Assembly (NCBI GenBank): GCA_947628085.1 | Contig: CANQYM010000005.1 | Location: 3,919 to 67,918, forward strand | Reading direction: 5' to 3' | Origin: an uncultured Clostridia bacterium | GTDB lineage: Bacteria; Bacillota; Clostridia; TANB77; CAG-508 | Length of the DNA stretch: 64,000 bases | Shown here: one piece after another, positions 21,211 to 30,414 of the stretch | How the letters are laid out: the number at the start of each line of letters is the position of its first letter | Numbering within the stretch: position 1 is the stretch's first letter | Notes under the pieces: generated by a model | The model's database searches: none | What the model was told of the DNA's origin: nothing | Seen by the model: only the letters and a program-made list of their open reading frames with translations | Position numbers and translations under genes: made by a program

Positions 21211-22108
21211 AAAAGTTGCGGTTATAATGTCAACATATAATGGAGAAAAATATGTAGCAGAACAGCTTGATTCTATTATAAATCAAACATATAAAAACAT
21301 AGAAATAATTGTTAGAGATGATGGTTCTACAGATAGTACAGTAAATATTATAAAAAATTATCAAAAAACTTACGAAAATATTAAATTATATGAAGGCGAA
21401 AATATAGGTTTTATTAAAAGCTTTTTTGAACTTCTTAAAACAACTGAGGCAGATTATTATGCTTATGCGGATCAAGATGATGTGTGGATGGAGAATAAAA
21501 TAGAACTTGCAGTAGACTTATTAGATGAATTAGATGATTCTAAACCTAATATGGCTTTTGGAAATTCAGATTATTATGATGAAAATATGAAACTAATTTC
21601 AAAAGGTCCTAAAAATAGAAAATTTTCATTTCTAACAGCACTATTTGCTTGTGTAACTCAAGGAATGACAATGACTGTAAATAAAACAACTAGAGATATG
21701 ATAATAGAAAATACCCCCAGATCTTGTTTCTTCCATGATTGGTGGACATATCTTTTATGTATTGGACTTGGAAATGTAGCATATAGTAATGAAACAGTTG
21801 TAAAATATAGAAGAAGAAAAGAAAACGCAACATCAGAAGGTCAAGGATATATAAGATTATTAATTTGGAGAATAAAAAATCTTTTATTTAAAGATGGAAT
21901 GAGAGATATTAAACAACAAATGATAAACTTTAAAGACTATTATTATTATCAATTATCAGATGAAAATAAAAAAATTCTAGATTTATTTTCAGAAGAAGAC
22001 TATTCTTTTTCTAATGCTTGTAAAAAAGCTTTTTATAGAGCCAGAATTAGAACAAATATAATAGATGATTTGATGATAAGAATAATATTTTTAATAGGAG
22101 TTTTATAA
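21200..22108 (+). CDS. family 2 glycosyltransferase
   Basis: VAVIMSTYNGEKYVAEQLDSIINQT…RDDGSTDST…DQDD. The protein is 302 aa and is similar to the GT2 at 6464. Confidence 0.8.
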   Translation: MKDKKVAVIMSTYNGEKYVAEQLDSIINQTYKNIEIIVRDDGSTDSTVNIIKNYQKTYENIKLYEGENIGFIKSFFELLKTTEADYYAYADQDDVWMENKIELAVDLLDELDDSKPNMAFGNSDYYDENMKLISKGPKNRKFSFLTALFACVTQGMTMTVNKTTRDMIIENTPRSCFFHDWWTYLLCIGLGNVAYSNETVVKYRRRKENATSEGQGYIRLLIWRIKNLLFKDGMRDIKQQMINFKDYYYYQLSDENKKILDLFSEEDYSFSNACKKAFYRARIRTNIIDDLMIRIIFLIGVL

Positions 22109-23367
22109 TGAATTCAGAAAAAAAGGCTTTTTTGAAAAATTTTATTTGGAATAGTTTAGGTACAGGAATAAACTCTTTTAATTCATTATTTTTCTTAATA
22201 ATTGTAACAAGAGTAAATGATATTCAAACAGCTGGAATATTTTCAATAGCTTATGCAACAGCAACAATTCTTTACACTTTAGCTATGTATTCTGGCAGAC
22301 TTTGCCAAGTAACAGATATAGAAAATAAAATAAAAGATAAAGATTATATTGCAAACAGAGCACTTACTTGTTTCATAATGATAATAGGTGCAACAATTTT
22401 TTTGTGTTTAAAAAGATATTCGGGATTTAAAACTACAATTTTTGCATTACTTGCAATTTTTAAAGGACTAGAAGCTTTTTCAGATATTCTTTATGGTGTA
22501 ATGCAAAAAAATGATATTTTATATAAATCCGGACAATCTTTGTGTTTAAAAGGTTTCATAGGAATAATTCTATTTTTAATTGTAGATTTAGTAACAAGAG
22601 ATTTAAGACTTGCTTGTTTAGCTGTAATTATTGTAAATGTTGCAGTATTAATTATATATGATTATATTTTAATAACAAGAAAACTTATAGATAATAGTAG
22701 TAGAATAAATTATAAAAATGTTTTATCAATATTAAAAAGCGAATTTTTTGTATTTGTAAATTCTTTTGCAGGAATATATATTTTAAATGCCCCTAAATAT
22801 GCAATAGACAATTTTTTAACAGAGGACATTCAAGCGATATATGGTTACATAATGATGCCAGCTACTGTAATGACTTTATTCACACAATTCATAGTAATGC
22901 CTTTTTTAGGCAAAATGAAAGATATGTATGAGAAAAAAGATTTAAAACAACTAGAAGATGTTACTTTTAAAATAAAATTAGTTGTTATTGCATTTGGAGC
23001 TTTTGCAGTTTTAGCAGCATTCTTATTAGGACCAGAATTTTTAGGATTAATATATGGTTTAGATTTAACAGCATACAGAATGAACTTATGTGTAATAATT
23101 GGATCATATATATTCTATGCAATTTCATATATAAATTTAGTAACTTTAACAACAATAAGACATACATTTGTACAGTTTGTAATTTATGTTATTTCAATGG
23201 TTATAGCTTTCACTGGTTCAAATGTTTTAGTTAGAGTTTTAAACTTAGGAATAAATGGTGCAACTTTTTCATGCACAACAACACTTGCAATACAATTTAT
23301 AATGTATACAACAGTTACAAAAATAATTATTCACAAAGAAAATAAAAAATTAGAAGAGCAAAAATAA
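22108..23367 (+). CDS. Wzx-like oligosaccharide flippase (MOP superfamily)
   Basis: The 419-aa protein has 12 TM helices and an N-terminus typical of polysaccharide biosynthesis/Wzx proteins. The start overlaps the upstream stop (ATAATG). Confidence 0.65.
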   Translation: MNSEKKAFLKNFIWNSLGTGINSFNSLFFLIIVTRVNDIQTAGIFSIAYATATILYTLAMYSGRLCQVTDIENKIKDKDYIANRALTCFIMIIGATIFLCLKRYSGFKTTIFALLAIFKGLEAFSDILYGVMQKNDILYKSGQSLCLKGFIGIILFLIVDLVTRDLRLACLAVIIVNVAVLIIYDYILITRKLIDNSSRINYKNVLSILKSEFFVFVNSFAGIYILNAPKYAIDNFLTEDIQAIYGYIMMPATVMTLFTQFIVMPFLGKMKDMYEKKDLKQLEDVTFKIKLVVIAFGAFAVLAAFLLGPEFLGLIYGLDLTAYRMNLCVIIGSYIFYAISYINLVTLTTIRHTFVQFVIYVISMVIAFTGSNVLVRVLNLGINGATFSCTTTLAIQFIMYTTVTKIIIHKENKKLEEQK

Positions 23368-23431
23368 ATTATTTATAAAATTAAGTAGCTAAAACAAAAG
23401 ATAGAAAATATAAAAATAAAAGGAGAAAGAA

Positions 23432-25615
23432 ATGGAGATTTTATACATAATAACATTAATATTACTTGGAATAAGTTTTATGATGTTTAAAAAATCAGAA
23501 GAAAAAATAAACTTCATTAAATGGCTAATAATTTATATTGTTTCACTATTTGGATACAATGTTTTTATTGGAATGCTTTTAGGCTTACTTAACATTACAT
23601 CACATTTATGGCTTTTATCAATTATAAACATAGCTTTTGCAATTCTTTTAGGATTTAAAGCTATAAAAAATAAAGATTTTCAAAAATATTATGTAAGAAA
23701 ATTAGATATAATTTCTATCATTTTTGTTTTAGTGATTTTTGCAGTAATGTTTGTAAAAGATTTATATATCTTTAATGGAGATATATCTCATATGGCAATG
23801 GATTCAGCTATACATTATAGAGCTGCAAAACATTATGCAGACAATTTAAAAATATTTATAAATGTAGAAGACAAAACATTTTTCAATTTTAATGTAATGC
23901 AAACAGGTGCATACATAAATGATGGAATTTTCATGAATGTAATACATGGAATTACTGGAATAGGTCATGAGTATTTGTTTCAAGCATTTGAAACAATGGT
24001 GCTATTTTTAAGCGGACTTTCATTTTATGCATTCTTTGGTGAAAGAATTAAAACTAAACGAGGATTAGTAGCAAGTTTAGTATTATTTGCTTTATATATA
24101 TATGGATATCCATATAATTCTTGGTTTTATGGATTTTCATATTTATCAGTTGGAATAATGATGGTAGCAATTTTGTTACCAATTACTGAATGCTTATATT
24201 CAGAAGAGAAAATTACAAAAAAATTAACAATACCTTTAATTGTTTTGGCAGGAACAGGATTAATTTTCTCATATTGTTTATTTGTGCCAGCAGTTTTTTC
24301 TGCAATATGCATTTACTGTTTCTTAAAAGATATTACTTCAAAAGAAGGAAAAAAATATTTAAAGTTTTTCAAGAAAACAACTTTAATTGTAACTGGGCTA
24401 CTTTTACTAGTTACAGCTGTTGGAATTGGTTACATAGTTGTTCCAACATTCTTTATAGAGGGACAAACCAAATTAACTGAAGCTATAAAACTTGAAGGAG
24501 CAATATATTCTGGAACTTATGAAAACTTAATTCCATATACACCATTTTTAGTTTTATTCTTGGTACAATTAGTAAAAAGAATAAAAAATAAAAGCCTAAG
24601 ATTTTTAGATGTTTTTTCTGTTTTTATAATGGGATATTTAGCACTTCTAATGTTAGGAGTACAATATAATTTAGCATCAAAATACTATATGTATAAAGTA
24701 TATTTTATAATGTGGCTAGTTACATTTAGCATAACAATAGATTACATAAATGAAAATGTAGATAAGAAAATATTTAGAATTGATGCAATAATCATATTTA
24801 TGATATATGTTTTCTTTACAACAAAAGCTATCGCAGTTATAACAAACATTAACATATCAAATCCAGGCAAATATTCAATGAACGATTTATACAATATGTT
24901 TATTGAAAATCTATTTACAATACATGATTTATTAATGTTTTTATTGCTTGCATTTTTCACTGTTTTGCCTCAATTAATAGATAAAATTAATTTAAGTAAA
25001 ATAACAGAAAAATTATCAAGCAAATTTAAATCTGAAAAAATTAAAAATTTATTAAATAAAATATCTGTAATAGAAATTAAAAGAATATGCATATCTGGAT
25101 ATATTTATGTAATTCTTTGGGGCGTATTTGTTTGCGGTTGGGTTTGGTTAAAAGCAGGATTAATAATAAGTGAAGATACAAAACATAATTTGCCAAATCT
25201 TGTTGGAATTTATTATGAAGAAAACTGTAACAACAGAAAATTAGTAGATTTAACTCAAAATCTTAATTCAAATCAAATTAAATTAATTAAATATGCAAGA
25301 GAAAACTTTAAAGATATGACAGTTGAAAATACAGAACTTATGACAAAAGGATACTATCCTAGAGTTTGGTCAACAGCAATGCTAGAATTTTCAAGTGAAA
25401 AAGTTAGATATGAAAATGTTATTCAAGATACAAACATCTATACTTTAAAAGATGCTTTAGAGGACAGTGAGAAAAAATATATAGTAAAATTAGTTTCTAG
25501 AGATGCAAATGATTTAAAAGAATATCAAGAGGAATTAAAAGATGTAAAACAAACAGAAAATGTTGAAATACTTTTAGAGAACGAAAACGGTTATGTAGCT
25601 AAGATTAATAGATAA
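23432..25615 (+). CDS. large polytopic membrane protein with C-terminal soluble domain (uncharacterised, GT-C-like candidate)
   Basis: The 727-aa protein has about 13 TM helices and a roughly 170-aa C-terminal domain. It is paralogous to the next gene (MQTGAYIN, YPYxSxxYGFSYLSV). Both share a first-loop D[SA][AS][IM]HY motif. Confidence 0.4.
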   Translation: MEILYIITLILLGISFMMFKKSEEKINFIKWLIIYIVSLFGYNVFIGMLLGLLNITSHLWLLSIINIAFAILLGFKAIKNKDFQKYYVRKLDIISIIFVLVIFAVMFVKDLYIFNGDISHMAMDSAIHYRAAKHYADNLKIFINVEDKTFFNFNVMQTGAYINDGIFMNVIHGITGIGHEYLFQAFETMVLFLSGLSFYAFFGERIKTKRGLVASLVLFALYIYGYPYNSWFYGFSYLSVGIMMVAILLPITECLYSEEKITKKLTIPLIVLAGTGLIFSYCLFVPAVFSAICIYCFLKDITSKEGKKYLKFFKKTTLIVTGLLLLVTAVGIGYIVVPTFFIEGQTKLTEAIKLEGAIYSGTYENLIPYTPFLVLFLVQLVKRIKNKSLRFLDVFSVFIMGYLALLMLGVQYNLASKYYMYKVYFIMWLVTFSITIDYINENVDKKIFRIDAIIIFMIYVFFTTKAIAVITNINISNPGKYSMNDLYNMFIENLFTIHDLLMFLLLAFFTVLPQLIDKINLSKITEKLSSKFKSEKIKNLLNKISVIEIKRICISGYIYVILWGVFVCGWVWLKAGLIISEDTKHNLPNLVGIYYEENCNNRKLVDLTQNLNSNQIKLIKYARENFKDMTVENTELMTKGYYPRVWSTAMLEFSSEKVRYENVIQDTNIYTLKDALEDSEKKYIVKLVSRDANDLKEYQEELKDVKQTENVEILLENENGYVAKINR

Positions 25616-25668
25616 AATATTTTATAGATTTTTCAAAAATCTAAATTAAATTTAAGGAAGAAAATAAA

Positions 25669-27507
25669 ATGGGAATTTTTTATGCCTTAACAGTTTTGGT
25701 AATGCTTGTTATTTTTGTAATTGTAAAGAAAAGTGACAAGAGATTAAATTTAGTAAGTTGGATTATATTATCTTTAATTTCTTATTTAGGATTTAATATT
25801 TTAGTATGCATGGTATTTGGAGCCATGAATATTACAACAAACTTACTATTCTTATCAATAAGTAATTTAGTTGTAGCTTTAGGACTTGGATTTAAAATAT
25901 TTAAAGATAAAAAAATTCAAAAATTTGAAATAAGAAAAAGAGATTTTATAGCAGTTATAGTTGCTTGTGCTATTGTTTGTTATATGGCAGTTAATCAATA
26001 TAAACCTCTTGCAAAAACGATGGCAAATGCTTCTGTGGATGCTAGTATGCATTATAGTGCAACAATAAATTTTGCAAACAATATGAAAATTTTATCTAAA
26101 ATAGATAATCAAACTGGTTATAACTTTAAAACTATGCAAACAGGTGCATACATAAATACAGGAATTTTTATAAGTATGGTAAGAAGTATTCTTCCAAACT
26201 TTAGAGATTATGTAACATTTAAAATTTTTGAAATGGGAATATTGCTTCTTAACATATTGGCATTTTATATGCTAATATCAGACAAACTAGAAACAAAAGG
26301 AAATTTTGTATTTGGTATATTATTTTTAATTTTATATGGATTTGCATATCCATATACTAGTTTATTATATGGATTTTCATATTTAAGTGTAGCAATTGCT
26401 TTTGCAACAGGATTATTTTACTTAGCAAAAATTTATGATAACCGAAAAGTTAATTTTCCAACAATGCTAAGTTTAATAATACTTATGGGAGTTGGAATAA
26501 TCTTTTCATATTGTTTATTTGTTCCAGCACTATTTGCATTTATTTGTATATATGTATTTTTAAAAGACAAGAAAAAAGAAGAAAAATCTTATTTAAAATT
26601 TTTCAAAAAATCAACTCTTTTAGTTACAGGACTACTTTTAATTGTAACAGCTTTAGCAATATGTTATTTAGTAATTCCAACATTTACAGATAGTGATCAA
26701 AATAAATTAACAGATGCAATTGGATTTGTTGGTGGAAGCTATAAGTCTTTATATCAAGATTTCTTGTTTTATATACCTTTTGTAGTTTTATTTATATATA
26801 AATCTATAAAAAATAAAGATTTAAATTTTCAAGTAGTAGCATTAGCATTACTTGTATTTCAAACAGTTATAACATTTTTAGGATTAGTAAATGGAATAGT
26901 ATCAAGCTACTATTACTATAAAATTTATTATATAATTTGGATTTTATTAGCAGATATTGCTGTTGAAGTTCTATGCAGCATGAAAGATAATAAAGAATTA
27001 GGAGTAGTTTTAAAAACAGCAACAGTAATATGGGTTTGCATAATTTGTTTTGCAATTGGCGGATATGAAGAAAAATTATATGCTAAAAATCCTACAATAA
27101 TGGATACACCAGCAGAACTAAGACTTTCAAAATTAGCTGGAATTTACTATGATACAAATATTTTTGGCATAAAAAATATTAATGCTTCTTGTTTAGTAAA
27201 TCAATACAGGCTTGAGCTTGCAGAACAAATGGGAAAACAGGAAGATATGACACTAAAAAATATGTTAGTTGGTGGAATGAATACTAATTGCAAAGCTTGG
27301 ATGTATGTTGTTTCTGGAATTACATCAGGCGGTGAATCAATAAATGATTTGCAAGTTGCAGTTGTAGAAACTAATGTAGATGATTGGATGAAAAAAGAGG
27401 ATAAAAAATATTTTGTTCTATATGATGAGTCAAATACTTATGAAAATACTGATGATTATGAAGTAGTTTTCAGTAATAGTGCAGGAGTTATTTTAAAGAA
27501 GAAATAA
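25669..27507 (+). CDS. paralogous polytopic membrane protein with C-terminal soluble domain (uncharacterised)
   Basis: The 612-aa protein is about 35-40% identical to the preceding gene across the TM region and has the same domain order. Confidence 0.4.
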   Translation: MGIFYALTVLVMLVIFVIVKKSDKRLNLVSWIILSLISYLGFNILVCMVFGAMNITTNLLFLSISNLVVALGLGFKIFKDKKIQKFEIRKRDFIAVIVACAIVCYMAVNQYKPLAKTMANASVDASMHYSATINFANNMKILSKIDNQTGYNFKTMQTGAYINTGIFISMVRSILPNFRDYVTFKIFEMGILLLNILAFYMLISDKLETKGNFVFGILFLILYGFAYPYTSLLYGFSYLSVAIAFATGLFYLAKIYDNRKVNFPTMLSLIILMGVGIIFSYCLFVPALFAFICIYVFLKDKKKEEKSYLKFFKKSTLLVTGLLLIVTALAICYLVIPTFTDSDQNKLTDAIGFVGGSYKSLYQDFLFYIPFVVLFIYKSIKNKDLNFQVVALALLVFQTVITFLGLVNGIVSSYYYYKIYYIIWILLADIAVEVLCSMKDNKELGVVLKTATVIWVCIICFAIGGYEEKLYAKNPTIMDTPAELRLSKLAGIYYDTNIFGIKNINASCLVNQYRLELAEQMGKQEDMTLKNMLVGGMNTNCKAWMYVVSGITSGGESINDLQVAVVETNVDDWMKKEDKKYFVLYDESNTYENTDDYEVVFSNSAGVILKKK

Positions 27508-27512
27508 TTATA

Positions 27513-28430
27513 TTGCAAATTAAATTTATAGGAGAAAAAATGAAAGTTGCGGCAATAGTAGTAAACTATAATGATGTAGAAGATACAGAAAACTATATAA
27601 AAAATATATCTAATTATAAAGCTATTGATAGAATATTAGTCGTAGATAATATGTCTACGACTGAAAATGCTTTTTCTAGATTAAAAAGTTTAGAAGGAAA
27701 TAATAAAGTAAAAGTTATTCAATCTGAAAAAAATGGTGGATATAATTATGGAAACAATTTTGGAATAAAATATTTAGAAGACCTAAACGAAAAATATGAC
27801 TATTATATTATTTCAAATCCAGATATAGAAATTACTGAAGAAACAATAAAAAAATGTTTAGAAGAAATTCAAAAAGATGAGAAAATTGCTGTTATTGCAC
27901 CAAGAATGTTTAATAAAGAAAATAAACCAATAAGAAGAAGTAGTTGGAAAATAAGAACATTTTGGCTAGATGTAGTTCATTCTACAAGAATATTAGAACT
28001 TCTTTTTTATAAAGTATTAAGAAATGGAGAATATTCAAATAAAGAATATGAACAAGAAAAACTAGAAGTAGAAGCAATTTCAGGAGCATTTTTTATAATA
28101 AGAAGTAATGTTATAAAAGAAATTGGATTTTTTGATGAAAACACATTTTTATTTTATGAAGAAGATATTTTAGCAAAAAAATTATTAAAAGAAAATTTAA
28201 AAACTATTTGCTTAACTAAAGAAAAATTTATTCATTATGAGAGTCAAACTATTGGAAAAACATTTAGCTACTATAAAAAAATGTTACAAATGTATAAAAG
28301 TAAAATGTATTATCACAAAACGTATAACAATATAAATATAATTCAAAAATTTGTTTTTTTACTGTTATTTTTAGTAAGAAACATTGAGCTGATTATTGAA
28401 ATTCCAATGAGAAAAATATTAAAAAAATAA
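27513..28430 (+). CDS. family 2 glycosyltransferase
   Basis: KVAAIVVNYNDVEDT…VVDNMST is a GT2 motif. The more probable start is 27540 (MKVAAIV), which has a GGAGAAAAA RBS. Confidence 0.8.
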   Translation: MQIKFIGEKMKVAAIVVNYNDVEDTENYIKNISNYKAIDRILVVDNMSTTENAFSRLKSLEGNNKVKVIQSEKNGGYNYGNNFGIKYLEDLNEKYDYYIISNPDIEITEETIKKCLEEIQKDEKIAVIAPRMFNKENKPIRRSSWKIRTFWLDVVHSTRILELLFYKVLRNGEYSNKEYEQEKLEVEAISGAFFIIRSNVIKEIGFFDENTFLFYEEDILAKKLLKENLKTICLTKEKFIHYESQTIGKTFSYYKKMLQMYKSKMYYHKTYNNINIIQKFVFLLLFLVRNIELIIEIPMRKILKK

Positions 28431-28433
28431 AAT

Positions 28434-28498
28434 TCAAAAGAGTAATTTATAATAAAAATATATATTAAATTTTAATTATAAGATTGCTCTTTTTTTTG
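28434..28498 (+). terminator. putative rho-independent terminator at the 3' end of the glycan locus
   Basis: An imperfect long hairpin (AAAAGAGUAAUUUAUAAU…AUUAUAAGAUUGCUCUUUU, with G-U pairs) is followed by T8. Confidence 0.45.
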
Positions 28499-28590
28499 TG
28501 TATTTCAAAGCATTACATTTATGTTAAAAGTTTATAAAAAATATTGTAAAAATATACTTTATGTGATATAACAATCGCATATAAGTATAC

Positions 28591-29637
28591 TTGGGGGAAC
28601 TATTGAGAAAAAATATTAAAAACTACGATTTAAATGATTTAAAAGAAGAATTAATTCTTTTAAATGAAAAACCATTTAGAGCAGAACAAATTTTTAAATG
28701 GCTATATAGTGAAAAAGTAAATTCTTTTAATGAAATGACAAATTTATCTTTAGAGCTTAGAAAAAAATTAGAAGAAAATTATTCTTTAGGATTATTTAAA
28801 ATCGAAAAAAAATTAGAATCTGTAGATGGCACAAAAAAATATTTATTTGATTTGCAAGATGAAGAAAAAAACCTAATTGAAAGCGTTTTAATGAGCTATC
28901 ATCATGGATATACAGCTTGTGTATCAAGTCAAATAGGATGCAAAATGGGATGCAAGTTTTGTGCTTCAACAGGAATACCATTTTCAAGAAATCTAGAATC
29001 CGGAGAAATTATTGAGCAAATATTAGAAATTGAAAAAGAAGAAAATATTAAAATTTCTAATATTGTATTTATGGGAATTGGAGAACCTCTAGATAATTAT
29101 GAAAATGTTATGAATGCTATAAAAATAATAAATAATCCAAAAGGGTTAAATATAGGTGCAAGACACATTAGTATTTCAACAAGTGGTTTAGTACCAAAAA
29201 TATACGATTTAGCAGATAGGCAAATTCAATGTACATTATCTGTTTCACTACATAGTAGTAATAATAAAACAAGAAGTGAAATGATGCCAGTAAATAATTC
29301 CTATCCAATAGAAGAATTAATGAAAGCTTGCAAATACTATATAGAAAAAACAAATAAAAGAATTTCTTTTGAATATGCTTTAGCAAAAGATAATAACGAT
29401 AACTTAGAAGATGCAAAAGAGCTTGTAAAATTGCTACACGGAATGCTTGCACATGTGAATTTAATTCCAATAAATAAAATAGAAGATGGAAAATATACCA
29501 AAAGTACTAATGAAAATATAATTAAATTTAGAGATTACCTTAATGATCATGGAATAGTAGCTACTATTAGACGAGAACTAGGTTCTGATATATCTGCTGC
29601 TTGTGGTCAATTGAGAAAGCAGAACTTGAAAGAGTAA
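28591..29637 (+). CDS. rlmN: 23S rRNA (adenine2503-C2)/tRNA methyltransferase, radical SAM
   Basis: It has the radical-SAM motif CKMGCKFCAST and end-to-end RlmN similarity. The start is TTG at 28591 or 28603. Confidence 0.9.
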   Translation: MGELLRKNIKNYDLNDLKEELILLNEKPFRAEQIFKWLYSEKVNSFNEMTNLSLELRKKLEENYSLGLFKIEKKLESVDGTKKYLFDLQDEEKNLIESVLMSYHHGYTACVSSQIGCKMGCKFCASTGIPFSRNLESGEIIEQILEIEKEENIKISNIVFMGIGEPLDNYENVMNAIKIINNPKGLNIGARHISISTSGLVPKIYDLADRQIQCTLSVSLHSSNNKTRSEMMPVNNSYPIEELMKACKYYIEKTNKRISFEYALAKDNNDNLEDAKELVKLLHGMLAHVNLIPINKIEDGKYTKSTNENIIKFRDYLNDHGIVATIRRELGSDISAACGQLRKQNLKE

Positions 29638-29650
29638 AGAGGTGAGGTAA

Positions 29651-30412
29651 GTGAGAATTTTGGCAAAGTCTGATATAGGCAAAGCTAGAGATATGAATCA
29701 AGATTTCTATTATGTATCAGATTTAGAAAAAGACGAATTAAAATTATATATTCTAGCAGATGGTATGGGAGGTTACAAAGGCGGAGAAATAGCAAGTTCT
29801 CTAGCTGTAACAAATGCAAAAAATTATATTAAAAATCATTTTAATAAAACTAAAAAAGATAGAGAAAGCATATTAAAATTATTAAGATATGCTATAGAAT
29901 ATGCTAATATGACTGTACACGATAAGTCACAAGAATCAGAAGACTTAAAAGATATGGGTACTACTTTAGATATCTGTTTAATATATAATAATAAAGTATT
30001 TATAGGTCATGTTGGCGATAGTAGAGTTTATAGAATTCGTAAAAATATAATTAGAAAACTTACAACAGATCATAGCTATGTTGAAAAATTATTAAAAGAA
30101 GGCACAATATCTAAAGAGGAAGCCTTTAATCATCCAAAGAAAAATATGTTAATGAAAGCTTTAGGTTGTAGCTCACTTGTTGAACCTGATGTTATTTGTA
30201 AGGGATTTTTGAAAGATGATATTCTACTTATGTGTTCAGATGGTTTAACAAACATGCTAAAAGAAAGCGAAATATATAATCTTTTATTAAATAACCCAGA
30301 ACATCCGGAAGAAGCTTTAATAAACAATGCAAATGAATTAGGTGGATACGATAATATAACAGCAATTATTATAGACAATATAGATGTTAGCGAAGAAACT
30401 AAGGAGAGATAA
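29651..30412 (+). CDS. stp: PP2C-family Ser/Thr protein phosphatase
   Basis: The protein has PP2C motifs (ADGMGG, DGLTNM) and a GTG start, and lies directly upstream of prkC in the conserved operon order. Confidence 0.9.
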   Translation: MRILAKSDIGKARDMNQDFYYVSDLEKDELKLYILADGMGGYKGGEIASSLAVTNAKNYIKNHFNKTKKDRESILKLLRYAIEYANMTVHDKSQESEDLKDMGTTLDICLIYNNKVFIGHVGDSRVYRIRKNIIRKLTTDHSYVEKLLKEGTISKEEAFNHPKKNMLMKALGCSSLVEPDVICKGFLKDDILLMCSDGLTNMLKESEIYNLLLNNPEHPEEALINNANELGGYDNITAIIIDNIDVSEETKER

Positions 30413-30414
30413 TT

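Noticed and set aside
24190-24480. Same-strand alternative-frame ORFs inside membrane-protein genes (24190-24480 and 26511-26693).
   Set aside because: They sit out of frame within the 727-aa and 612-aa genes, encode Arg/Lys/Phe-rich low-complexity peptides, and have no RBS. They are frame-shadow ORFs.
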